This document shows positions 40,950 to 61,695 of a DNA stretch of 64,000 nucleotides, in pieces. Position 1 is the stretch's first letter. Each line of letters opens with the position of its first letter. The DNA comes from Alphaproteobacteria bacterium (GTDB lineage: Bacteria > Pseudomonadota > Alphaproteobacteria > MPNO01). A model generated the notes under the pieces. It had not been told where the DNA came from. It was given only the letters and a program-made list of their open reading frames with translations, and did no database searches. The translations under genes were made by a program, and so were the position numbers. The stretch lies in assembly GCA_965248835.1 (NCBI GenBank), contig CBDFLJ010000002.1:1376001-1440000 (forward strand), read 5' to 3'.

Positions 40950-41566
40950 GTCAGCCGCTCCTCCAGATGCTTGACCGCATCGCGGGTCAGCACCAGCGTC
41001 CGGCAGCGCAGGATGTCGTAAACGTTCGCGCCCTGCTGCGGCAGCACATCGACATGGGGAATGTTGGCCGCCGCCCGCGCGAAATTCCCGTCGAGTTCCG
41101 GGCCGTCGATGATCAGAACGCGGTCCCAGCCAAGCGCGTCGAGCCGCTTGGCCAGCGCGCCGGTCCTGTGGTCGTCAATCCTGGCGCTATCGAGCACGAC
41201 CAGCGCGCCGTCCTCGACCTTGCTCGACAAGGCCGACAGCAGTGCGAGACGGCGGACCTTCTTGGGCAGCTTGTAGGCGTGATCGCGCGGCTTGGGGCCA
41301 AAGATCACCGCGCCGCCGCGAAACTGCGGCGAGCGCCGGCTTCCTTGGCGGGCCCGGCCGGTTCCCTTCTGCTTGTAAGGCTTGGCCGTGGTGCCGCGGA
41401 TCTCGCTCACGCCCTTGGTGCTGTGGGTGCCGGCGCGCCGTTTGGCGCGCTGCCAGTTGACCATCCGCGCAAGGATGTCGCGGCGCACCGGCACGGCAAA
41501 GACCGGATCGGCGAGCTCGATCGAGCCCGCCGGCTCATTGTCGATGCTCACGACATCAAACTTCAT
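40946..41566 (-). CDS. rplD: 50S ribosomal protein L4
   Basis: [38 protein letters not shown]. Confidence 0.97.
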   Translation of the reverse strand: MKFDVVSIDNEPAGSIELADPVFAVPVRRDILARMVNWQRAKRRAGTHSTKGVSEIRGTTAKPYKQKGTGRARQGSRRSPQFRGGAVIFGPKPRDHAYKLPKKVRRLALLSALSSKVEDGALVVLDSARIDDHRTGALAKRLDALGWDRVLIIDGPELDGNFARAAANIPHVDVLPQQGANVYDILRCRTLVLTRDAVKHLEERLT

Positions 41567-42344
41567 CGCCGCCCTCGGGGGTCTCTTCGGCCGTCTCGAC
41601 GGCGTCATCGGTTTCGATTTCGGTTTCGATCTCCGCCTCCTCTCCGGACGACATCTCGGCGGGGAGTGCATGGCTGCGGATGGCGCCCGGGAACGGCAGT
41701 CCTTCCGGCATGGCGCGTTTCTTGGCATCGGACAACAGGACATAGCCGCCCTTCGCGCCGGGCACCGCGCCGCTGACCAGGATCAGGCCGCGCTCGGCGT
41801 CGGTCGAGAAGATCTTCAGGTTCTGGACCGTCACCCGTTCTGCGCCCATATGTCCGGCCATCTTCTTGCCCTTGAAGACCTTGCCGGGATCCTGACTGTG
41901 GCCGGTCGAGCCATGGGCGCGGTGGGAGATCGAAACGCCGTGGGAGGCCTCGAGTCCGCTGAAATTGTGCCGCTTCATGGCGCCTGCGAAGCCCTTGCCG
42001 ATGCTGGTGCCGGCGACATCGACATGCTGACCGGCGAGGAAGTGATCGGCGGTGAGCTCGGATCCGACGTCGATCACCGCATCCTCGGAGACCCGGAACT
42101 CGGCGAGCTTGCGCTTGGGCTCGACCTTGGCGGCGCCGAAATGGCCGCGCATCTGCTTGGTGACGTTCTTGACCTTGGCCGAGCCTACGCCAAGCTGCAG
42201 CGCGGTATAGCCGTCCTTCTCGCCGGTCTTGACCGCCACCACCTGGCAGTTGTCGAGCTTCAGCACGGTGACCGACACATGCCTGCCGTCGTCCTCAAAG
42301 ACACGGGTCATGCCGAGCTTGCGGGCGATCAGGCCGGTCCTCAT
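41556..42344 (-). CDS. rplC: 50S ribosomal protein L3 (acidic C-terminal tail)
   Basis: [44 protein letters not shown]. Confidence 0.97.
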   Translation of the reverse strand: MRTGLIARKLGMTRVFEDDGRHVSVTVLKLDNCQVVAVKTGEKDGYTALQLGVGSAKVKNVTKQMRGHFGAAKVEPKRKLAEFRVSEDAVIDVGSELTADHFLAGQHVDVAGTSIGKGFAGAMKRHNFSGLEASHGVSISHRAHGSTGHSQDPGKVFKGKKMAGHMGAERVTVQNLKIFSTDAERGLILVSGAVPGAKGGYVLLSDAKKRAMPEGLPFPGAIRSHALPAEMSSGEEAEIETEIETDDAVETAEETPEGGDEV

Positions 42345-42354
42345 CGCCGCGCCC

Positions 42355-42663
<309 letters not shown>

Positions 42664-42685
42664 TGTCTGCCCTCCGGCCGCCTTG

Positions 42686-43896
42686 CCCCGGCTATTCGAC
42701 GATAGCGGCGACGACGCCGGCGCCGACGGTACGGCCGCCCTCGCGGATCGCAAACCGCAGGCCCTCGTCCATCGCGATCGGCACGATCAGCTCCACGTCC
42801 ATCGACACATTGTCCCCCGGCATCACCATCTCCGTGCCCTCCGGAAGCGCCACCTGGCCCGTCACGTCCGTCGTGCGAAAATAAAACTGCGGACGGTAGT
42901 TGGTGAAAAACGGCGTGTGACGACCGCCCTCCTCCTTGGTCAAGATGTAGGCCTCTGCCTTGAACTTCGTGTGCGGCGTAATCGAGCCCGGCTTCGCCAG
43001 AACCTGGCCGCGCTCAACCTCCTCGCGCCCCACGCCGCGCAGAAGACAGCCCACATTGTCTCCTGCCTCGCCCGAGTCCAGAAGCTTGCGGAACATCTCC
43101 ACGCCCGTGACCACCGTCTTCGACGTCTCCTTGAGGCCGACTATCTCGACCTCCTCGCCGACCTTGATCGTCCCCCGCTCAATCCGGCCCGTCACCACAG
43201 TGCCCCGGCCCGATATCGAAAACACATCCTCGATCGGCATCAAAAACGCCAAGTCCTTCAGACGCTCCGGCTGCGGAACATAGCTGTCCACAGCCTCCAT
43301 CAGCGCGACCACCGACGGCGCAGCACTCGCATCATCGCTCCCCTCAAGCGCATGCAGCGCAGAACCCCGCACCACAGGTATGTCATCGCCGGGAAAGTCG
43401 TAGCTCGACAACAGCTCGCGCACCTCAAGCTCGACCAGGTCCAACAACTCCTCGTCGTCAACCTGGTCGACCTTGTTCATGTAGACCACGATCGCTGGAA
43501 CCCCGACCTGGCGCGCCAACAGAATATGCTCGCGCGTCTGCGGCATCGGACCGTCCGCAGCGGAAACCACCAAAATCGCGCCGTCCATCTGCGCCGCCCC
43601 GGTGATCATGTTCTTCACATAGTCCGCATGACCCGGGCAGTCGACATGGGCGTAGTGACGATTCACCGTCTCGTACTCCACATGCGCCGTCGCGATCGTG
43701 ATCCCCCGCGCCTTCTCCTCAGGCGCCTTGTCGATCTCGTCATAGGCCGTGAAACGCGCGCCGCCAACTTCCGCCAACACCTTCGTGATCGCTGCCGTCA
43801 GCGTCGTCTTGCCATGATCTACATGACCGATCGTGCCGACGTTGCAATGCGGCTTCGTACGTTCGAACTTCGCCTTCGCCATCTATCTCTTTCCCG
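42686..43896. repeat. Direct repeat copy 1 (tuf plus short flanks, 1211 bp), matching 59100-60310
   Basis: No differences seen in the stretches compared by eye; identity extends 6 bp past the stop and 14 bp upstream of the ATG. Confidence 0.85.
42692..43882 (-). CDS. tuf: Elongation factor Tu (str-operon copy)
   Basis: [33 protein letters not shown]. Confidence 0.99.
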   Translation of the reverse strand: MAKAKFERTKPHCNVGTIGHVDHGKTTLTAAITKVLAEVGGARFTAYDEIDKAPEEKARGITIATAHVEYETVNRHYAHVDCPGHADYVKNMITGAAQMDGAILVVSAADGPMPQTREHILLARQVGVPAIVVYMNKVDQVDDEELLDLVELEVRELLSSYDFPGDDIPVVRGSALHALEGSDDASAAPSVVALMEAVDSYVPQPERLKDLAFLMPIEDVFSISGRGTVVTGRIERGTIKVGEEVEIVGLKETSKTVVTGVEMFRKLLDSGEAGDNVGCLLRGVGREEVERGQVLAKPGSITPHTKFKAEAYILTKEEGGRHTPFFTNYRPQFYFRTTDVTGQVALPEGTEMVMPGDNVSMDVELIVPIAMDEGLRFAIREGGRTVGAGVVAAIVE

Positions 43897-43920
43897 AACC
43901 CTATTCCGGACAAACGCCCA

Positions 43921-45996
<2,076 letters not shown>

Positions 45997-46023
45997 GGCT
46001 CGATTATCTTCCGAAAAGGGTCA

Positions 46024-46907
<884 letters not shown>

Positions 46908-47071
46908 CCCGGAACTTCCTTCGCTTCATCGGCTGCAAAAACGCGAACGCGGGCGCGACGCGCTCCGCGGCCGGAATAGCGCCGGACGGCGCCACTGCAT
47001 GTTTTAACTCCAACTCAAGTCGGCGCTGCGTCTAGGGGGCACCCTACCGCCAAGCCCCGAAATGAGGGCGC

Positions 47072-47100
47072 AATATAGTGAGGCCCTAAACTCTCGTCAA
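47072..47100 (-). promoter_or_regulatory. Sigma-70-like promoter of the str operon
   Basis: Minus strand TTGACG-17 nt-TATATT, about 165 nt upstream of rpsL. Confidence 0.72.
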
Positions 47101-47141
47101 CCCGGATCGGAGGGGATTTTTCGTGGGCTTGCAAGGCGATA

Positions 47142-47185
47142 GGCGGCACGGAAGCGAGCCCGAAGCGGCCCGCTTCCGTGCCGCC
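47142..47185 (-). terminator. Stem-loop immediately after the rpoC stop
   Basis: GGCGGCACGGAAGCGAGCC / GGCCCGCTTCCGTGCCGCC, a 19-bp stem with one mismatch; no strong U-tract. Confidence 0.6.
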
Positions 47186-47189
47186 CGGC

Positions 47190-51446
<4,257 letters not shown>

Positions 51447-51493
51447 TCAATCGCCGTTCGGTCCGCCTCGTGCTTTCGCGACAGGGCCGGCCG

Positions 51494-55666
<4,173 letters not shown>

Positions 55667-55832
55667 CTCTTCAAACCTTGGCGCGTGGGCGAACGGGGCC
55701 GCTGCCGCGCCAGGACGTGCGCCCGAACAATTCCGACGAAAACGCGAACGAACGGCGCCCAGCCGGCGGCGCGCCGATCAGGCATCGGCGCGTCCGGCCA
55801 AATGGCGCGCGTCGGTCCCGCGCTGCGGCCAT

Positions 55833-56210
55833 CTACTTTATTTCGACGGACGCCCCGACCTCTTCCAGCTTCTTCTGCAGCGCTGCGGCCTCGTCCTTGT
55901 CGATGCCTTCCTTGATCGCCTTGGGCGCGCTCTCGACAAAGTCCTTGGCCTCCTTCAGGCCCAGCCCGGTGATCGCCCGGACTTCCTTGATGACGTTGAT
56001 TTTCTTTTCGCCGAAAGCAGTCAGGATGACGTCGAACTCGGTCTTCTCCTCTTCCGCGGGTCCGGCATCGGCCGGTCCGGCGGCGGCTACCACGACAGGC
56101 GCGGCGGCGCTGACGCCCCACTTCTCCTCGAGCATCTTCGACAGCTCGGCCGCCTCGATGACCGTGAGCTGCGAAAGGTTGTCGACCAGTTGTTCAAGAT
56201 TGGCAGCCAT
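55833..56210 (-). CDS. rplL: 50S ribosomal protein L7/L12
   Basis: [37 protein letters not shown]. Confidence 0.98.
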   Translation of the reverse strand: MAANLEQLVDNLSQLTVIEAAELSKMLEEKWGVSAAAPVVVAAAGPADAGPAEEEKTEFDVILTAFGEKKINVIKEVRAITGLGLKEAKDFVESAPKAIKEGIDKDEAAALQKKLEEVGASVEIK

Positions 56211-56248
56211 TTGCTGTGGTCTCCTTTGTCTGTCCCGTGGACGGCCGT

Positions 56249-56764
56249 TCAGGCCGCGTCCTTGTCCGCATAGGCATTGAAAACACGCGCGAGCTGTGCG
56301 GCCGGAGCCTGGAGCACGCCCGCAATGCGCGTTGCCGGTGTCTGGATCACGCCGATCAGCCTGGCCCGCAGCTCATCGATCGAGGGCAGCTTGGCCAGCG
56401 AGATCACTTCCGATGCGTCGAGCACCCGTGTGCCGAGCCCGCCGCCGACGATGTCGAGCTGCTGGTTTCTCTCGGCGAACCCGACCGCAACGCGCGCCGC
56501 GGCCACCGGGTCGTCCGAATAGGCGATGGCCGTCGGGCCGACGAACATCTCGCTCATTCCCTCGAACGGAGTGCCCTTCAGCGCGATCCGGGTGAGCCGG
56601 TTCTTCGTGACCTGGTAGCGCGCACCGGCATCGCGCATCTCACGACGCAGATCGGTCGCCTGGGCCACCGTCAGCCCGACGGGCCGGGTGATCACGACCA
56701 GCGTCGCCGCCCCAAACAAGCCGTTGAGCGAGGCGACCAGTCTTTCCTTTTGCGCTCGATCCAA
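56249..56764 (-). CDS. rplJ: 50S ribosomal protein L10 (TTG start)
   Basis: (L)DRAQKE, GLTV....LR, VTKNRL, GPTAIA, LA.LPS.DELR; RBS GGAGA upstream. Confidence 0.95.
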   Translation of the reverse strand: MDRAQKERLVASLNGLFGAATLVVITRPVGLTVAQATDLRREMRDAGARYQVTKNRLTRIALKGTPFEGMSEMFVGPTAIAYSDDPVAAARVAVGFAERNQQLDIVGGGLGTRVLDASEVISLAKLPSIDELRARLIGVIQTPATRIAGVLQAPAAQLARVFNAYADKDAA

Positions 56765-56910
56765 GGATCGTCTCTCCTGGTATGACCGGTACGGCGGAGC
56801 CTGCGCCGGTCGGGTTGCGACTGGACCCCCGGCGAACCGGGGATCCGGCTTGCCTGCCCTGGAAGCCCAAGCCGCTTCCCACGCCCGAAACGAGCGCCTC
56901 GGAAACACTT

Positions 56911-56975
56911 GCACCCCCCGTCTGTGCCGGACTTCTCCTTCGCGTAGCAAAGGTGCCGGCAGTCTTGGACAGGTC
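56911..56975 (-). promoter_or_regulatory. Putative ribosomal protein L10 leader (autogenous control RNA)
   Basis: Minus strand CCTGTC-CAAGAC-TGCCGG...CCGGCA-CA-GACGGG, nested stems with an asymmetric internal loop, in the rplA-rplJ gap; resembles the L10_leader core. Confidence 0.7.
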
Positions 56976-57003
56976 CGGCGCCGGGTCCTGGGATCCGGTG
57001 CCG

Positions 57004-57038
57004 ACGCGCCCCGCGCGGATGTGCCGGGCGGGGCGCGT
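57004..57038 (-). terminator. Stem-loop after rplA
   Basis: ACGCGCCCCGCGCGG-ATGTG-CCGGGCGGGGCGCGT inverted repeat. Confidence 0.5.
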
Positions 57039-57048
57039 GTGGATCAGC

Positions 57049-57753
57049 TCACGTCTGGCCGCCGATCACGCTCTGGACGTCGAGCTTGATGCCCGGACCC
57101 ATCGACGAGGACAGCGCCATCCGTTTCATATAGGTCCCCTTGCCACCGCTCGGCTTGGCCTTGTTGACCGCATCGGCCAACGCGCGAATGTTCTGCTTCA
57201 GATCGTCCTCGGCGAAGCTCGCCTTGCCCACGCCGGCGTGGATGATGCCGGCCTTCTCGACCCGGAACTCGACCTGGCCGCCCTTGGCCGCCTGGACCGC
57301 AGCGGCGACGTCCTGAGTGACGCTGCCGAGCTTGGGATTGGGCATCAGCCCACGCGGTCCGAGAATCTTTCCCAGCTTGCCGACGACGGCCATCATGTCG
57401 GGCGTGGCGATGCAACGGTCGAACTCGATCGCGCCGCCCCGGACGGTCTCCGCCAGGTCCTCGGCTCCGATCACGTCGGCGCCGGCCGCCCGCGCCTCCT
57501 CGGCCTTGTCTCCGCGCGCGAACACCGCCACCCGAACCGTCTTGCCGGTGCCCTTGGGCAACGAGACGACGCCTCGCACCATCTGATCGGCATGCCTGGG
57601 ATCGACGCCGAGGTTCATCGACAACTCCAGCGTCTCGTCGAACTTGGCCGACGCCCGGTCCTTGATCATCCGGACCGCATCGTCGAGCGGATAGTGCGCA
57701 TCGCGGTCGATGTCGTCATAGGCGGCGGCCAGGCGCTTGCCCTTTTTTGCCAT
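57049..57753 (-). CDS. rplA: 50S ribosomal protein L1
   Basis: [35 protein letters not shown]. Confidence 0.98.
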   Translation of the reverse strand: MAKKGKRLAAAYDDIDRDAHYPLDDAVRMIKDRASAKFDETLELSMNLGVDPRHADQMVRGVVSLPKGTGKTVRVAVFARGDKAEEARAAGADVIGAEDLAETVRGGAIEFDRCIATPDMMAVVGKLGKILGPRGLMPNPKLGSVTQDVAAAVQAAKGGQVEFRVEKAGIIHAGVGKASFAEDDLKQNIRALADAVNKAKPSGGKGTYMKRMALSSSMGPGIKLDVQSVIGGQT

Positions 57754-57760
57754 CGTGCTG

Positions 57761-58189
57761 TCACTCCATAACCTGGATGCCGATCGACCGCGCCGTGCCG
57801 GCCAGCATGCTGGTCGCGGAATCGATGTCGTTGGCGTTGAGGTCGACCATCTTGATCTCGGCGATCTCGCGCAGTTGAGACATGCGGATGGCGCCCACGG
57901 TCTCGCGGCCCGGCGTCTGGGAGCCCTTGTTGAGCCTGGCCGCACGCTTGATGAAATAGGACGCCGGAGGCGTCTTGGTCTCGAACGAGAACGACTTGTC
58001 GGCGTAGACCGTGATCACCGTCGGAATCGGAACGCCCTGCTCCTGGTTTTGGGTGTAGGCGTTGAACGACTTGCAGAACTCCATGATGTTCACGCCCTGC
58101 TGGCCCAGCGCGGGCCCGATCGGCGGTGACGGGTTGGCCTGTCCCGCCGGAACCTGCAGCTTGATGTAGCCCGCGATCTTCTTCGCCAT
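57761..58189 (-). CDS. rplK: 50S ribosomal protein L11
   Basis: [36 protein letters not shown]. Confidence 0.98.
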   Translation of the reverse strand: MAKKIAGYIKLQVPAGQANPSPPIGPALGQQGVNIMEFCKSFNAYTQNQEQGVPIPTVITVYADKSFSFETKTPPASYFIKRAARLNKGSQTPGRETVGAIRMSQLREIAEIKMVDLNANDIDSATSMLAGTARSIGIQVME

Positions 58190-58205
58190 CGCCTGTGCCG
58201 CGTCC

Positions 58206-58736
58206 TTACTGTTTTTCGACCTGAGAATATTCGAGCTCGACCGGGGTCGAGCGTCCGAAGATCGACACCGCGACCTTCAGCCGGGCGCGCTCCTCATCGA
58301 CCTCCTCGACGGTGCCGTTGAACGAGGTGAACGGCCCGTCGCTCACCCGCACCTGCTCGCCCACGTCGAAGGTGATCGACGGCTTGGGCCGCTCCACGCC
58401 TTCCTGGACCTGGCGCAGGATGCGCTGGGCCTCGCCCTCCGAGATCGGCGAGGGCTTGCCGCGCCCGCCGAGGAAGCCGGTCACCTTGGGGGTATCCTTG
58501 ACCAGGTGCCAAGTCTCGTCGTTCATGTCCATCTTGACCAGCACATAGCCCGGGAAGAACTTGCGGTCGGAGCTCACCTTCGCGCCGCGGCGCATGCGCA
58601 CGACCTCCTCGGTCGGCACCAGGATCTCCTCGTAACAGTCTTCCAGGCCCTTCTGCGCCGCCTGTTCGCGGATCGACTGGGCGACCTTGTTCTCGAAGCC
58701 CGAATAGACGTGGATGACGTACCAGCGTGCGGTCAT
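58206..58736 (-). CDS. nusG: Transcription factor NusG
   Basis: [37 protein letters not shown]. Confidence 0.98.
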   Translation of the reverse strand: MTARWYVIHVYSGFENKVAQSIREQAAQKGLEDCYEEILVPTEEVVRMRRGAKVSSDRKFFPGYVLVKMDMNDETWHLVKDTPKVTGFLGGRGKPSPISEGEAQRILRQVQEGVERPKPSITFDVGEQVRVSDGPFTSFNGTVEEVDEERARLKVAVSIFGRSTPVELEYSQVEKQ

Positions 58737-58739
58737 CGT

Positions 58740-58937
58740 CTAGCCCCCGAGCCCCAGCACGGTGCGTACCGCCACCGAAAGCACCTGGTCGACGGCAAAG
58801 AAGAAGATCGCCGCCAGGAAGACGAAGATGAACACCATCACCGTGGTTACCGTCGTCTCCTTCCGGCTGGGCCAGGTGACCTTGGCCACCTCGCGCCGGA
58901 CTTGTTGGACGAATTCGATCGGGTTGGGCTTGGCCAT
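58740..58937 (-). CDS. secE: Preprotein translocase subunit SecE
   Basis: F.QQVR.E..KVTWPSRKET followed by one TM segment; lies between tRNA-Trp and nusG. Confidence 0.95.
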   Translation of the reverse strand: MAKPNPIEFVQQVRREVAKVTWPSRKETTVTTVMVFIFVFLAAIFFFAVDQVLSVAVRTVLGLGG

Positions 58938-58995
58938 TACCTGCTTTGCGCGCTGTCGCGGGCACGGTCCGCCGCGTGCCCGCCGAAGTTTCAGA

Positions 58996-59071
58996 TGGCA
59001 GGAGTGGAGGGATTCGAACCCCCAACCCCCGGTTTTGGAGACCGGTGCTCTGCCAGTTGAGCTACACTCCT
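58996..59071 (-). tRNA. tRNA-Trp (CCA)
   Basis: AGGAGTG...CTCCAAA anticodon loop...GTTCGAATC...CACTCCTGCCA, 76 nt. Confidence 0.97.
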
Positions 59072-59099
59072 ATCGCGCCGACACCGTGCTGCTCGAACA

Positions 59100-60310
59100 C
59101 CCCGGCTATTCGACGATAGCGGCGACGACGCCGGCGCCGACGGTACGGCCGCCCTCGCGGATCGCAAACCGCAGGCCCTCGTCCATCGCGATCGGCACGA
59201 TCAGCTCCACGTCCATCGACACATTGTCCCCCGGCATCACCATCTCCGTGCCCTCCGGAAGCGCCACCTGGCCCGTCACGTCCGTCGTGCGAAAATAAAA
59301 CTGCGGACGGTAGTTGGTGAAAAACGGCGTGTGACGACCGCCCTCCTCCTTGGTCAAGATGTAGGCCTCTGCCTTGAACTTCGTGTGCGGCGTAATCGAG
59401 CCCGGCTTCGCCAGAACCTGGCCGCGCTCAACCTCCTCGCGCCCCACGCCGCGCAGAAGACAGCCCACATTGTCTCCTGCCTCGCCCGAGTCCAGAAGCT
59501 TGCGGAACATCTCCACGCCCGTGACCACCGTCTTCGACGTCTCCTTGAGGCCGACTATCTCGACCTCCTCGCCGACCTTGATCGTCCCCCGCTCAATCCG
59601 GCCCGTCACCACAGTGCCCCGGCCCGATATCGAAAACACATCCTCGATCGGCATCAAAAACGCCAAGTCCTTCAGACGCTCCGGCTGCGGAACATAGCTG
59701 TCCACAGCCTCCATCAGCGCGACCACCGACGGCGCAGCACTCGCATCATCGCTCCCCTCAAGCGCATGCAGCGCAGAACCCCGCACCACAGGTATGTCAT
59801 CGCCGGGAAAGTCGTAGCTCGACAACAGCTCGCGCACCTCAAGCTCGACCAGGTCCAACAACTCCTCGTCGTCAACCTGGTCGACCTTGTTCATGTAGAC
59901 CACGATCGCTGGAACCCCGACCTGGCGCGCCAACAGAATATGCTCGCGCGTCTGCGGCATCGGACCGTCCGCAGCGGAAACCACCAAAATCGCGCCGTCC
60001 ATCTGCGCCGCCCCGGTGATCATGTTCTTCACATAGTCCGCATGACCCGGGCAGTCGACATGGGCGTAGTGACGATTCACCGTCTCGTACTCCACATGCG
60101 CCGTCGCGATCGTGATCCCCCGCGCCTTCTCCTCAGGCGCCTTGTCGATCTCGTCATAGGCCGTGAAACGCGCGCCGCCAACTTCCGCCAACACCTTCGT
60201 GATCGCTGCCGTCAGCGTCGTCTTGCCATGATCTACATGACCGATCGTGCCGACGTTGCAATGCGGCTTCGTACGTTCGAACTTCGCCTTCGCCATCTAT
60301 CTCTTTCCCG
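59100..60310. repeat. Direct repeat copy 2 (tuf plus flanks, 1211 bp), matching 42686-43896
   Basis: Same sequence as copy 1 in all stretches compared. Confidence 0.85.
59106..60296 (-). CDS. tuf: Elongation factor Tu (tRNA-operon copy)
   Basis: Protein identical to 42692-43882. Confidence 0.99.
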   Translation of the reverse strand: MAKAKFERTKPHCNVGTIGHVDHGKTTLTAAITKVLAEVGGARFTAYDEIDKAPEEKARGITIATAHVEYETVNRHYAHVDCPGHADYVKNMITGAAQMDGAILVVSAADGPMPQTREHILLARQVGVPAIVVYMNKVDQVDDEELLDLVELEVRELLSSYDFPGDDIPVVRGSALHALEGSDDASAAPSVVALMEAVDSYVPQPERLKDLAFLMPIEDVFSISGRGTVVTGRIERGTIKVGEEVEIVGLKETSKTVVTGVEMFRKLLDSGEAGDNVGCLLRGVGREEVERGQVLAKPGSITPHTKFKAEAYILTKEEGGRHTPFFTNYRPQFYFRTTDVTGQVALPEGTEMVMPGDNVSMDVELIVPIAMDEGLRFAIREGGRTVGAGVVAAIVE

Positions 60311-60374
60311 GGTTGGAATAGCGGTTTCCGGCCCCATCACGGGTATTTGCACCACAGCTTGCCCGCGGCGGGCG

Positions 60375-60448
60375 TGGAGCGGGTGATGGGGATCGAACCC
60401 ACATAACCAGCTTGGAAGGCTGGGGCTCTACCATTGAGCTACACCCGC
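60375..60448 (-). tRNA. tRNA-Gly (TCC)
   Basis: GCGGGTG TAGCTCAATGGTAGAGC...CTTCCAA...GTTCGATCC...CACCCGCTCCA, 74 nt. Confidence 0.97.
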
Positions 60449-60480
60449 AATCCGTCGACGAGGCGTTGCGCTGCATTGGA

Positions 60481-60549
60481 TGGTGGGGTGCTCCAGTGGG
60501 TAACCGATTCAACTAAACGCTGCTCCTCCGGACCCGCACCCCTCGACCA
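60481..60549. other. tRNA-like element in the tRNA-Tyr/tRNA-Gly spacer (minihelix-like RNA and/or inverted degenerate tRNA-Tyr copy)
   Basis: Minus strand 60542-60481 reads GGGGTGC...GCACCCC-ACCA. Plus strand 60482-60549 matches the tRNA-Tyr 5' end at 18/22 nt and its 3' end at 10/11 nt. No canonical cloverleaf. Confidence 0.45.
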
Positions 60550-60564
60550 GATCTAGCGGCCGGC

Positions 60565-60650
60565 TGGTGGAGGGGGTTGGATTCGAACCAACGTAGGCAA
60601 ACGCCAACGGGTTTACAGCCCGTCCCCTTTAACCACTCGGGCACCCCTCC
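60565..60650 (-). tRNA. tRNA-Tyr (GTA)
   Basis: GGAGGGG TGCCCGAGTGGTTAAAGGGG...CTGTAAA, long variable arm, GTTCGAATC...CCCCTCCACCA, 86 nt. Confidence 0.97.
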
Positions 60651-60699
60651 GTTTGATATTTGATATCCCGCCTATACGCCGCCACGGCGCTGGAGGGCC

Positions 60700-60728
60700 G
60701 AACTAGGGGATTCGCCTCGCATTGTCAA
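60700..60728 (-). promoter_or_regulatory. Proximal sigma-70-like promoter of the tRNA-tuf operon
   Basis: TTGACA-17 nt-TAGTTC followed by a GC-rich discriminator. Confidence 0.6.
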
Positions 60729-60810
60729 TGACAAAGGAAGTCAGGGCCACCCTTTCCCGCCATGGGGTGAGCGCCATGCAGGTCGATTCGTCCTTCCGCT
60801 TGCACGCGGC

Positions 60811-60839
60811 AGTATAATAGGGGTGATGAGCAGGCACAA
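60811..60839 (-). promoter_or_regulatory. Distal sigma-70-like promoter candidate; overlaps a plus-strand TATAAT facing rlmB
   Basis: Minus strand TTGTGC-17 nt-TATACT; plus strand TATAAT at 60813-60818. Confidence 0.45.
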
Positions 60840-60927
60840 GCCGATCCTGTCGCTTTGCCGCCGGCAACCGATGAACGGCCGGCGCTCGTCTCAAGCGCCA
60901 CGTCCGATATCCGTCTGAGTCAAGCCG

Positions 60928-61695
60928 GTGCCGCGAATACAGGGCAGAAAAGGCGCACGGCGCGGCAAAGGCGGAGCGTTCTGGATCTGGGGCCGCCATG
61001 CGGTGGCCGCGGCGCGCGCGAATCCACGGCGCGTCGTCCGGCGGGTCCTCGCCCTCGAAAACGACTCGGGGCTCGATGCCGAGGCCGTCGACCGCCGGAC
61101 GCTGGCCCGGATCCTGCCCGAGGGCGCGGTCCACCAGGGCGTGGCGCTGCTCGCCGAGCCGCTCGAGGATCTCGGGATCGAAGCCCTGTGCGCGGCCGCC
61201 GGAGTGCGGGAGCGCGCGGCGGTGATCGTCCTCGACCAGGTCCAGGACCCGCAAAACGTCGGCGCGATCCTCAGGAGTGCCGCAGCACTAGGTGCCGTCG
61301 GCATGGTGTTGCCCGACCGCCATGCCCCGCGCGAGACCGGGGTCCTGGCCAAGGCAGCCTCCGGCGCGCTGGAGACCGTCCCGGTCGCGCGCGTGACCAA
61401 CCTCGCCCGCGCGCTGGCGGCGATGAAGGCGGCCGGGCTGTGGTGCGTCGGGCTGGATGCGGACGCGCCCAGCGCGCTTGCGCCCGACACCTTGCCGGAC
61501 CGGGTCTGTCTGGTCCTGGGAGCCGAAGGCCGGGGCCTGCGGCGTCTGACCGCGCAGCAGTGCGACCTCCTGGTCCGGATCCCGATGACCGGCGGCGCGG
61601 CCAGCCTCAACGTCGCCGCCGCAGCGGCGATCGCGCTGCACGTCCACGCTAGCTGCCGGCAAGACCCCGGTGCAGCGCCGAGACCGCCTGGGTGA
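60928..61695 (+). CDS. rlmB: 23S rRNA 2'-O-methyltransferase (SpoU/TrmH family)
   Basis: WGRHAV, VHQG, LDQVQDPQNVGAILRSA, AKAASGA, GAEG.GLR, IPM....SLNV; divergent from tRNA-Tyr. Confidence 0.88.
   Translation: MPRIQGRKGARRGKGGAFWIWGRHAVAAARANPRRVVRRVLALENDSGLDAEAVDRRTLARILPEGAVHQGVALLAEPLEDLGIEALCAAAGVRERAAVIVLDQVQDPQNVGAILRSAAALGAVGMVLPDRHAPRETGVLAKAASGALETVPVARVTNLARALAAMKAAGLWCVGLDADAPSALAPDTLPDRVCLVLGAEGRGLRRLTAQQCDLLVRIPMTGGAASLNVAAAAAIALHVHASCRQDPGAAPRPPG

Noticed and set aside
60481-60549. Spacer element as tmRNA, tRNA-Sec or an amber suppressor (it contains TTCAA and CTAAA)
   Set aside because: It has no G3:U70 pair or tag reading frame, no anticodon stem around those triplets, and no D or T arms.
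58996-60650. tRNA genes as integration sites of an island
   Set aside because: No direct repeat of a tRNA 3' end and no integrase were seen, and the flanks are core genes.
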